IMG/VR virus record: IMGVR_UViG_3300043446_004437
Span: 152,025 to 216,024 of that record
Length of the DNA: 64,000 bases
Reading direction: 5' to 3' (one strand)
The notes beneath the pieces are model-generated. The model was not told the origin of the DNA, did no database searches, and saw only the letters and a list, made by a program, of their open reading frames with translations. Made by a program: the position numbers and the translations under genes. Below, in pieces: positions 19,201 to 27,089 of this stretch (the first letter of the stretch is position 1; each line of letters starts with the position of its first letter).

Positions 19201-20941
19201 ATACGTAATTATATGTTTTTTCTTTAAAAATTATATTTTGTTTTGTTAAACCATTTGAATCTACAACAGATATATAATTCCATTCTGGACTTGCATCAGA
19301 ATTTTGTAATGAATTATTTCGTACCGCAAAATCGCTTCTTTCGTCTGGGTTAAAATTTGCATAGAAAACAGATGGCGTTGAGTATTGATCGTGTGCCGGC
19401 ATAGAAATTTCATAAACCAAAGATACATTTTCTATTAAGTTTGGATTAGGAATCTGCTCTGTATACTGAGCCATGTAAGAATAAGCAAGTTCTATTGGCG
19501 TGTAGTGGTCAGAAAATGTTTCGTTTTTAAAACCTTCAGCTTCAAAATACCCTTCGAACGAAACAGTTGCAAAATTTTCTTCTTGTATTTTTATTTCAAG
19601 GTCTGAAAAATCTCCAACACCCGGTTGGAAGTAACCGGTTAAAGGTGTAGCATTATCATAAATATTGGGTATATAGTTTACGCCTTCATTATTTAATCCG
19701 GCGTAGTCCCATATGTTTTCGTTCCATTTAGCGTACCCTAAATTAAATGGATATTTTTTATTTATATTTCTAACAAAATCATAGAAACTATTTTCTGGAG
19801 CTCCATTATCTGCTATATATGGAGTTGAAGATTCTATATCAATAATTTCTAATATTTCTGGCGTTGCCCCAATTGCATAAGAATCTGGCGTACTTGCATA
19901 CGCAGACCAAATATTTAATTCTCTTCTTAGAGTTCTTTTAAATCCATCTAAACCAACTGATGGAGGGTTTATATATGTGTCAAGTATTCTTTTTTTGAAA
20001 GAAAGATTTTCTTCCAAATATAATCTCTTTAATCCAACCCTTGCGCCAAATTCATCAAATATATTAAACAGCATTATGGGTTCTTGCAAAAACACAGAAC
20101 CATCTATTGTTAATTCATCAAATTTTCTTAAAGTTAATATTTGACTATCTAATAGATTATGGCAATAAACATAGTCTGTAGCTTTAGATGAATTAAAATC
20201 TTCTAAAGAAGATGCTTTAGCCAACTTTATCGTGTCCCCAACAAAGTTTAACGCTGCTGCGGGCACATTATAAGAAACATAAGCCCATGAAGGTGTGTCT
20301 ATATCTGCTGTGCTAATGAAACTGTTTATATTTGAAACATCTAATTGCGTACTAAAATCATCTAAATAATGTCCAACTAAAGAGTTTACAAACTTACCAC
20401 CAATTGTTATAGGAGTTGCCAATTCTGGCGTAGCTTGCTCTATTGAGTCTTCATATATATCCATCCATGTCGGAAATTTTTTCAAAATATTTCTAGCAGA
20501 GTCTGACACAACTGGCGTAACCGGTTCATGTATAGCTACGTTTACGTATAGCAAGAGGCCTAGCGTAGAAATATCTTCTACATCAGAAAATACAGTTAAT
20601 TCTATTTTAATATATGGTTTACAATTACTTAAGAAAATAGAATTAGAATTTATATTTAATGTAGATTTAAGCCAAGGACCATTTGGTAGATCTGATTCAT
20701 ATATTTGTAAAGTAAAAGTTGGCTGCTGTTCGCCGGGGACACTGGTAAATTTATGCTTAAAAGAAACTATATCAATTTTTGAGCTAGTATCTATAAACCT
20801 TAGAAAAGAAGGAGACGCTTCATCCCTTATTACTTCTCCATAATTCGTTACATACGAAGCGTACGGGTCTATCGGGGTTGAATGGCTAGAAGAAAAAGAC
20901 GGAGAAGATACTTCTGTTCCAACAAAAGTATAATCTCCGTA
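16244..20941 (-). CDS. baseplate wedge / fibre-attachment protein, main frame (about 1612 aa if joined to 20886-21083 by a +1 shift)
   Basis: Frame is open well beyond the track start (20554), up to 20941, reading GDYTFVGTEVSSPSF...GLLLYVNVAI. The motif FDEFGARVGLKRLYLEENLSFKKRIL resembles wedge proteins that follow baseplate-J genes. Confidence 0.65.
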   Translation of the reverse strand, partial: YGDYTFVGTEVSSPSFSSSHSTPIDPYASYVTNYGEVIRDEASPSFLRFIDTSSKIDIVSFKHKFTSVPGEQQPTFTLQIYESDLPNGPWLKSTLNINSNSIFLSNCKPYIKIELTVFSDVEDISTLGLLLYVNVAIHEPVTPVVSDSARNILKKFPTWMDIYEDSIEQATPELATPITIGGKFVNSLVGHYLDDFSTQLDVSNINSFISTADIDTPSWAYVSYNVPAAALNFVGDTIKLAKASSLEDFNSSKATDYVYCHNLLDSQILTLRKFDELTIDGSVFLQEPIMLFNIFDEFGARVGLKRLYLEENLSFKKRILDTYINPPSVGLDGFKRTLRRELNIWSAYASTPDSYAIGATPEILEIIDIESSTPYIADNGAPENSFYDFVRNINKKYPFNLGYAKWNENIWDYAGLNNEGVNYIPNIYDNATPLTGYFQPGVGDFSDLEIKIQEENFATVSFEGYFEAEGFKNETFSDHYTPIELAYSYMAQYTEQIPNPNLIENVSLVYEISMPAHDQYSTPSVFYANFNPDERSDFAVRNNSLQNSDASPEWNYISVVDSNGLTKQNIIFKEKTYNYVYENTKLTPTSSNIDISKASSIKIVNSAKWDQDAQTYIYNSTPHYRVTFNESTTSSSHSNSISVANIQISTPNINYINSNFKIGSNLYGSTPVIKFSNVIEDFVIVNKDNDPDITADEIVYVSDLTKNLFIPPNATPVNLIIENKKIDSKPIFTIDEIYREPGQPLTALDFSQNYGGKSYFPLLDTQYFVPSSPNIIINSYSVNDLTTPIYSNYFESATFNYNTLPHVLAVTNNVQSTPNYPFKSPVWIPTEEGELRTTPMIKGYLDYLGNIYRSDESAEGNRSPFDQNYRDKFLNSYYLTREDFGLTKNSNNQYFITEIKPISLNNKVFLEASQETVIREDSPLFKLNQDSSKIIKELYDSSNQLFYFSPIEINASLDKGYKNSFTNSINSNPITMNTGWLNLEEEQNYVYAKPIVDIYTGKYFEVELSQTPTQGAPVLISIKDGDVNFDLEEMAFPDSATPGKVVFNNEETVTCSEHGALYVSHLNIKDIVIKDNYTGNILTKSPLNPEFYVWTMGGDASTPGIIEAFLSGEFYISTSDLMISDDVSYSYQVSKIEVYNNLATAENILVPGRQYTVSYSLERAFYVDRNVYSETKDQYISKIYFSATPSSATPVYEITYESALQETSTPTGINLNRQDLPIDDGYIYLSKDEYEFSTAVVEISPQQISKNIDDIIYLTITSYDLAGNFKPYQTFAISSDLLEIEDEYLTTNKYGIAKTKIRFTGVPTSSLYASVLVSGVSYPSEYAHENSESGGFITGSNIEFIDNYNPSYRLKASGSKLIIESDGISENYIYGSVLENNNPPSSTPIIYWRKARTLYDVLNTIEYSSYSAMPGRNFISGYTHADSNGKFSIGPFYSQPRNNPGYWFVAVETELASTPSLQPNPLHGDVVYWYERFNNVQYLDEQTVLPSYYINTVDDKDIIATPNFKFNLIKQDFGATPKSKLNWVPPRWLPINYYEQYQMGLFGSTPNVIATPNYIVGYEES

Positions 20942-21083
20942 TTAAATTTAAACCTGTCTTTGATCTGTAATATGAATAATTTTTATAAAATTTATTATTG
21001 TATAGGTTTATAGAATCAGTTGTCCAAATATTACCATTTTTATTAAAATCTATGGTTTGAAAACCTAAAAGGTAATTTTTCAC
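20886..21083 (-). CDS. N-terminal segment of the wedge protein (about first 48 codons), out of frame with the rest
   Basis: GTG with SD AAGGA just after the phosphoesterase stop; the first 48 aa look like the downstream protein (N/Y/K-rich), then the frame degrades (RRLYFCWNRSIFSVFFF*) where the +1 frame opens. Confidence 0.6.
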   Translation of the reverse strand: MKNYLLGFQTIDFNKNGNIWTTDSINLYNNKFYKNYSYYRSKTGLNLIRRLYFCWNRSIFSVFFF

Positions 21084-21100
21084 TACTGATTCCTTTTAAC

Positions 21101-22348
21101 TTAATCTAGCCAAACAGAATATTCTGAAGTAACTCCATTTTCTGGATGTACAAACATCAAATGCTGACAAGGTCTACTCATCGAAGAAAAGTACTCTTGA
21201 GCATAAGTATTGTAACTTTCTGGCGAACCAGAAATTCTTAGCATTGAGCTTCCTATTGTTACTTTAAATTGTTGGTGGTAATGGCCCATAAAGACATCAT
21301 CAAAATGCTCGGGTATTGCTCCGTCTTTCCAGCCCATTATTTTTTTATAGTAACCATGGAATGCGCTAGGCGAAGGCAGTTGATCTCCATGGATTAAAAG
21401 GCTACTATAGTTTCCTATAGTATCTATCGCGTACCAGTTTCTTTCACCTCTACCATCTGGTATATTAAAAGATATTCTTTCTTCATCGCCAACTATTAAC
21501 TCTATTATCTTATAGAGCATTCTGTCCATGTTGGTTTCTGGATCGTGTTGTTTTCTTGCTCTACCGCCAACTGCTCCGTGGTTTCCTATAACTCCAGTAA
21601 CATGAACGTGATTAAAGTTTTCTAATGCGACTTTGACAAAGTTTCCTAATATTCTGGGACCATTAATTGCAACCTGTCTATACAGACCTGAATCTATGAG
21701 GTGACTCTGTCCAGGAAATATTTCTTCTCCTTCAACAATATCTCCAAGAAGCCAAATATGTAAATCATTTACTTCATGATCCATTCTTTGAATTTCGGTT
21801 ATCTCCAATAATTTTTCTGTGTATCTTTCTATTCTTTCTTCTAATACATTTGTATTATAATCTGGAGTTATTTTCCCCATCTGCCAGTCTGCAAAAACTG
21901 CTACTGCTGTTTCAGGTAATTTTTCTTTATTTCTTTTTAAGTTTGGTGCTTTAACTTTTGGAAATTCAAAACTAGAAAACGCATCATACGCAGCCTCGTA
22001 AACTGCTCTTACCACTTCTTCTTGAACATTCTTTAATGTTTCAACTCTTTTAGCTAATTTTTTATTCTCTGATCTTAAAAAATCATTTCTTGAATCTGAT
22101 ATACTAGAAAGCAAATCTTCCGTTTCTGCTTCGTACTCTTCTTTTATTTCTATATTAGAAGACTGTACGTACATTGAATCTTTTTCATTTATATATTCAA
22201 TTACTTCTTCTTCTGAAATTTCTTCTATTGAAGAAGTCTCACCTAAAACATCTCCGTGTCCTTCGCCAGTAAAAACTATATTTTTAGCTTCACCTATATT
22301 TGGTGCGCGAACTATGTGTTTATTTGTGACAACAAAAGTTTTTTTCAT
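21101..22348 (-). CDS. calcineurin-like metallophosphoesterase (415 aa)
   Basis: Ordered motifs FADWQ, LGDIVEG, GNHG, IHGD, MGHYH; acidic/coiled-coil N-terminal extension. Confidence 0.85.
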   Translation of the reverse strand: MKKTFVVTNKHIVRAPNIGEAKNIVFTGEGHGDVLGETSSIEEISEEEVIEYINEKDSMYVQSSNIEIKEEYEAETEDLLSSISDSRNDFLRSENKKLAKRVETLKNVQEEVVRAVYEAAYDAFSSFEFPKVKAPNLKRNKEKLPETAVAVFADWQMGKITPDYNTNVLEERIERYTEKLLEITEIQRMDHEVNDLHIWLLGDIVEGEEIFPGQSHLIDSGLYRQVAINGPRILGNFVKVALENFNHVHVTGVIGNHGAVGGRARKQHDPETNMDRMLYKIIELIVGDEERISFNIPDGRGERNWYAIDTIGNYSSLLIHGDQLPSPSAFHGYYKKIMGWKDGAIPEHFDDVFMGHYHQQFKVTIGSSMLRISGSPESYNTYAQEYFSSMSRPCQHLMFVHPENGVTSEYSVWLD

Positions 22349-22366
22349 ACCTAACCTATTCTAGGG

Positions 22367-23533
22367 TTAATAATTGTTAATTCCCATTATATCAGAATTA
22401 ATTGAAATACTTCCAGCTACCGTATACATTTTATCGCTATAGGGCCTAAAGTCTTTTAATGGGATGTCTTTGCCATCAGCGTTGAACGAATTAATTGTAA
22501 CAAATTTTATATAATCAGAAGATAGTTTAATTTGTCTTTCTATTTCAGATACAGAAACAATACTGCCAACTGTGCCAGAATTCAAATATCTTCTTACGAA
22601 CAAAGATGCTTGATTTGTAATTGCAGTAGTCATACTTTGTGTAGCCGATGAAGATAGGGTTACAGTTGCGGTAAGATTAATTGAAATTTTTTCTGCTACT
22701 CTAATATTGAATCTAACTCCAACTGGTTTAACCCCAATTATTGTATCATAAACAGTTTCTGGCATAGTTTTTATTTCTGCCGTTGATTCTGGAATAACAA
22801 TTACATCACAAGACCCTAGGCCATAGGATGATTCTCTAAGCCTGACATCTCTAACGCCTTTAATTGAAAGCGCAGCAAACCTTACAGCTTCTACTGTCCC
22901 AGCTGTTCTTGTCTTTAGTGCGGCTATTATTCTTGATCTATAATTGTCATCTGATTCTGAATTTATAATAGCATAAACTTCTTTGGGATTGTTGCAGTAG
23001 AGAACAACTCCTGGTGGACTTATGAAGTTATGTCTTGTTAAAGATCCAACTGGAGCAGTATATGTATTATCTGTAAAATCTGGTATAACTAAACCGTAGG
23101 CCCTAGTTGTGCTAGCGCCTATTACAACAGTGCCATTTAATTTAAATTTATATTGTTTGGTAGTAAAATTATCTACGTTTGTATAAACAATTGTTCCCTT
23201 TGGGATAACTATATCAACGCTATATGGAGCTTGAATGTAAAATTCAATATTATAAGACTGTCTTTCCGCTGCTGCATTGTCGGAAATATCTTTTCTTCTT
23301 ACATTATATAAATCTCCAATAAGATCTAAGTTGCGTCCTGACGCAGTTGCCAATCCACCTTGCCTTAGAGTAAAAGATAAAGAAGAATATAGATCTGCTA
23401 TTTCTGACCCCATCGCCTCTGCAAAAGCTCTAGCAACAGAACCCGGCTGCACAGCTGCTATACCGGCGTTTTGCTGTAGCGAATCTAAAATAGAATTTAC
23501 TATTTGTGCTTTATCTTTTGTCCCGTAAATCAT
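22367..23533 (-). CDS. baseplate J-like / gp6-like wedge protein (388 aa)
   Basis: PGSVARAFAEA, ATASGRNLDLIG, ESDDNYRSRI, GTVEAVRFAALSIKGVRDV are typical baseplate-J motifs; follows a gp25-like gene. Confidence 0.85.
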   Translation of the reverse strand: MIYGTKDKAQIVNSILDSLQQNAGIAAVQPGSVARAFAEAMGSEIADLYSSLSFTLRQGGLATASGRNLDLIGDLYNVRRKDISDNAAAERQSYNIEFYIQAPYSVDIVIPKGTIVYTNVDNFTTKQYKFKLNGTVVIGASTTRAYGLVIPDFTDNTYTAPVGSLTRHNFISPPGVVLYCNNPKEVYAIINSESDDNYRSRIIAALKTRTAGTVEAVRFAALSIKGVRDVRLRESSYGLGSCDVIVIPESTAEIKTMPETVYDTIIGVKPVGVRFNIRVAEKISINLTATVTLSSSATQSMTTAITNQASLFVRRYLNSGTVGSIVSVSEIERQIKLSSDYIKFVTINSFNADGKDIPLKDFRPYSDKMYTVAGSISINSDIMGINNY

Positions 23534-23540
23534 TTTAACC

Positions 23541-23915
23541 TCACAAGTTCTGTGTTACAGATAGGATGATTGGCTCATTGCTATCGGTTGTGATATGAAC
23601 ATCAAATCTAATAGAATCTGCGCTCGTTGGAACAGCAGTTATTTCTATTTTTCTTCCCTTAAATATATCTTCTTTTTCAAGAGCGGCTCTAATAATTCTT
23701 TGGCCAAGTTCTCCAGTTTCCCTACTTTGAGGCATACCGTATAAAACCCCAAGATCGGTACCCAGATTAGGATAAACTTGAAAGTCGCCAGGTTCAGTCA
23801 TAAGTCTAATATATATTTGCTGAACATCGTTTTGCGCACCAGAACCAATAACTGATATATCTTTATTCCCATTAACAAGCAAATCACCAGACATAGTTAA
23901 AAATAAATCAGACAT
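23541..23915 (-). CDS. gp25-like baseplate wedge / sheath-initiator protein (124 aa; start corrected to MSDLF)
   Basis: QQIYIRLMTEPGDFQVYPNLGTDL is the gp25/GpW pattern; ATG 23915 overlaps the upstream stop. Confidence 0.8.
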   Translation of the reverse strand: MSDLFLTMSGDLLVNGNKDISVIGSGAQNDVQQIYIRLMTEPGDFQVYPNLGTDLGVLYGMPQSRETGELGQRIIRAALEKEDIFKGRKIEITAVPTSADSIRFDVHITTDSNEPIILSVTQNL

Positions 23916-24552
23916 TTTTATCTTTATCAGCCTTTTCTTTAGCCTGTTGATTTGAGTAACCACTCTTCATTAAATCTACCGCATACTGTATGTAATCAAT
24001 GGAATGATCTTTTAGCATGGTTTCTAGAAAGACCATCTGATCTGGCGTTAATCCATCGGTAGAAAGCCCAGAATTAAACTTTTGTTCCAACTCAGATTGT
24101 TGTTGCCCAAAACCATACTCTTCGTTAATAGTAATAGGTTTTTGCTTTTCTTTCTGCTCTATATCTTTAAGTTTAGCTAAATAGTGATAGGCGTTATTTT
24201 GCGCCATATGTATACTTTTAGGGTTTACTTTAACTAAAGTTGGCTGAGAATAATCAGACGCTGAATAATTAAAATTAAATTCATTCCATCTTAGCCCGTC
24301 TTCTGCGCAAAAAAATCTAACTTTTTCTGCAAAAAAAGATATGGTTTTGCTTGTAGCGCTTATGACTATGCCCACTCCAGGAGCTGCAAATATCTCTATA
24401 TCACCCTCATCATTTAATCTTAAAAATGAATTAGTGTCTGGATGGTTTAAACCAACTTCTCTTTGCGAAAATTGATTTCTTCTGCTTAACTCTGCGCCAA
24501 CGGGAAAACTAGAATTTGGTTGAGTTGCATTTTGTTTTTTTGCATTAGCCAT
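23908..24552 (-). CDS. probable spike beta-helix protein (gp5/gpV C-terminal-like, 214 aa)
   Basis: Short beta-strand repeats HPDTNSFLRLNDEGDIEIFAAPGVGIVISATSKTISFFAEKVRF; position before the gp25-like gene. Confidence 0.5.
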   Translation of the reverse strand: MANAKKQNATQPNSSFPVGAELSRRNQFSQREVGLNHPDTNSFLRLNDEGDIEIFAAPGVGIVISATSKTISFFAEKVRFFCAEDGLRWNEFNFNYSASDYSQPTLVKVNPKSIHMAQNNAYHYLAKLKDIEQKEKQKPITINEEYGFGQQQSELEQKFNSGLSTDGLTPDQMVFLETMLKDHSIDYIQYAVDLMKSGYSNQQAKEKADKDKNV

Positions 24553-24553
24553 A

Positions 24554-24922
24554 TTATCTCGCCATAAACTTTGGTATACCAGTATTAACTATATAATTGC
24601 TTAAGAAGTTTGAGCCTAGATTAGCTTCTTCAAAAAAGCTAATTATATAAGCGTTGTTTTCATTGTCGTCTCTAAACCCCACCAGGCAGCGTGTGCCTGG
24701 TTCTGGAGAAACGTTTTGTATGCCCATAATAGCAGGACATGGAACGGAATCTATTATATTACCTATTTGACCAGAGTATGCGTCGTCTAGAATAATAGTT
24801 GCCATATTTGTTTTTTTATCAAACTTCATAACTACGCCAGGCCTGGTTTTTGCTTGACGCATTCTTGCTGTGTCAATTTGATTTTGTATTTTATTGTCAA
24901 ATTTAGGATAATTAATAGCCAT
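24554..24922 (-). CDS. probable spike OB-fold protein (gp5/gpV N-terminal-like, 122 aa)
   Basis: RPGVVMKFD..ATIIL..VPCP..PEPGTRCLVGF..AYII matches the OB-fold pattern of baseplate spikes. Confidence 0.6.
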   Translation of the reverse strand: MAINYPKFDNKIQNQIDTARMRQAKTRPGVVMKFDKKTNMATIILDDAYSGQIGNIIDSVPCPAIMGIQNVSPEPGTRCLVGFRDDNENNAYIISFFEEANLGSNFLSNYIVNTGIPKFMAR

Positions 24923-24931
24923 TTAAGTTCC

Positions 24932-27088
24932 TTACTTTAGCCAAACGTCAGAAGAAGTAGCTTCACGAGTTGGGGTAAACACTCCATTTTTCCACTCTCC
25001 ATACTGTTCTCCAAGTTTTACTTCTTCGTTTACCCAAGCTTCTATTTTTGTTTTGTTAGAATGTTCTTGATCGGTAAACTTATACCACGCAGTTGAATCT
25101 TTTGGAACCGTTTGAAGTATCCAAGATTTCAAATTATCTGCGTCTCCACCATATTTAATATATACACTTTTTGCTTTTTGAAAATCAACACTAGTCATCC
25201 AACTATTTTTAAAAAAATTTTCTCCCCACGCAAAGAAAACACAACTAAGCCTACTTGGACCAGAAACAACTTCTTTAGTATAATTTGTTTGATTTAATTT
25301 ACTTCTCAACATTCTTACCTGATTTATTGGTATCCACATTTCATCTGCGGCCCCGGCATAAAATTCTGCGTGACCTTCTGATCTGGACCTAGAATCAATT
25401 AAATTAAGTATTTGTTCTCCAGAAAGATTTGTTAATTCAGATTTGTCAGCCAAAACTAGTTGCCACATTTTTACAGTAGTTGAAAATGGATATGCTAAAT
25501 CTATTTTCAAATCTCTACTCCATGATTCTTTAGTGCCAATTTGAAATAAGCCAACAAAAGAATCGTTGTTAACCACTCTTGGTCTCCAACTTGATTCTCT
25601 AAATGAGATTGCAGTAAAAACTGCGGCCATTTCTGCGGAAAAATTGCCAGCTTCTTTAAGAAGAACAAAAACTTCCATATCTGACATTGTGCTGTAATCA
25701 GTAAAAACTTTAGTAAGAATTGCAGTATTAATTGAAACTCCAAATTTATCTGGTTTTATAGAACTTGAGTTTCCTGGGTTAGATATAACATCTTTACTGC
25801 CCACCACCAATGAGAGTCCACCATCTTTGGCAACATACTTACCGCCCCTTTGCGGAGAAAAACTCATATGTATGTGATCAGCATGATGGTTGTTGTCTAG
25901 TATGATTTTAACGTATTTTAAATTTTGATATAAACTAGAAACTTTATTCATTGTGCCGTTGTTTTTCCCGTTTGCATACTCTTGACCAACAAAACTATTT
26001 ACAATTATAACGTCTGGCAGAATGTGCTGGGGAGCTACATTTAGTTTTTCTAATAAATTATCTAAATGTTTTTTATAGGTTTCTACTCCAGACGAAATTG
26101 GTCTTAAACTTTCATCCGATTTTGATATAGATGTAAAATCAAAAGCTCTACCAAATGCGTGGTCAGTAACGCTTCCGCCTGATACAAGCTCATTTAAATT
26201 AGCTGCTTGATCAGATTGGCTTGATGCCCTAAATGCTCCAAGGCCACCTATTACTTTTAAAGAACCGCCAACGTTTCCGGCTAAAAACAAAAGACATTCT
26301 ATTAACGCTGCTGAAACAAAAGCTTTTTGTGGTTTAGCGGTGATAATATCTTCTGGTATTTGTTGAATTTTCCCAGAGTTTTCTAAGCCTGGAAAAATTG
26401 TTGTTGAATTATATGTTAAATTTAACAAGCTATCTTGTATATCAAACTGGAAACCTTGTGTTAAAACATCAGAATCATTTATATATGCAGATGTTTTTAG
26501 TATACTTCCTCTTTCTATATACCATTTTATTTCTTGTTCGTTTAAATTAGAAGCCAATGCTATCGGCATATAGCCGGCACTAACTGCTTCCGAAGAGGAC
26601 TGTCCATTGTCCGGTGAATGGCCGCTACCATCCCCAGATTGTTGATATTTATTTATTAACAGATTTGCAAAATCCGCTATAACTCCATCGTTATATTTTC
26701 TACCTAAACTACTACCAGCTATTATTGAAAGAGCAGCATCTTGCCCTTTTTTAATAATTGGGTTACCATCAGCGTCAACTTCATTGGGAGAAGGTATTTG
26801 TAGGTCTGCATTTTCTGAACCTAAAATAGAACTACTTAAACTTGAAAGGCTTTCTCTCGCCATACTAATTCTATATAAATTACCATATACACCACTTGCC
26901 AAAAGATCTTTTCCACTCGCAGCAGAAATTAAATCTGAAGAAGATAACGTTTGTCCAGCATATCCTCTTGCTGCAGTCGTTGTTGCCAAAATATTTTTGC
27001 CATTTTTTGGCACTATATTATCTGCTATTGCATTAGATAGGGTTTCAGAATTTTGTAAATTTTCAATTGAAATATCAAAATAAGACAT
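24932..27088 (-). CDS. tail-associated peptidoglycan hydrolase: M15-like peptidase plus SLT-like transglycosylase (718 aa)
   Basis: DHAFGRAFD and HADHIH (M15 zinc ligands); AISFRESSWRP and GLFQIG (lysozyme-like SLT). Confidence 0.75.
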   Translation of the reverse strand: MSYFDISIENLQNSETLSNAIADNIVPKNGKNILATTTAARGYAGQTLSSSDLISAASGKDLLASGVYGNLYRISMARESLSSLSSSILGSENADLQIPSPNEVDADGNPIIKKGQDAALSIIAGSSLGRKYNDGVIADFANLLINKYQQSGDGSGHSPDNGQSSSEAVSAGYMPIALASNLNEQEIKWYIERGSILKTSAYINDSDVLTQGFQFDIQDSLLNLTYNSTTIFPGLENSGKIQQIPEDIITAKPQKAFVSAALIECLLFLAGNVGGSLKVIGGLGAFRASSQSDQAANLNELVSGGSVTDHAFGRAFDFTSISKSDESLRPISSGVETYKKHLDNLLEKLNVAPQHILPDVIIVNSFVGQEYANGKNNGTMNKVSSLYQNLKYVKIILDNNHHADHIHMSFSPQRGGKYVAKDGGLSLVVGSKDVISNPGNSSSIKPDKFGVSINTAILTKVFTDYSTMSDMEVFVLLKEAGNFSAEMAAVFTAISFRESSWRPRVVNNDSFVGLFQIGTKESWSRDLKIDLAYPFSTTVKMWQLVLADKSELTNLSGEQILNLIDSRSRSEGHAEFYAGAADEMWIPINQVRMLRSKLNQTNYTKEVVSGPSRLSCVFFAWGENFFKNSWMTSVDFQKAKSVYIKYGGDADNLKSWILQTVPKDSTAWYKFTDQEHSNKTKIEAWVNEEVKLGEQYGEWKNGVFTPTREATSSDVWLK

Positions 27089-27089
27089 G

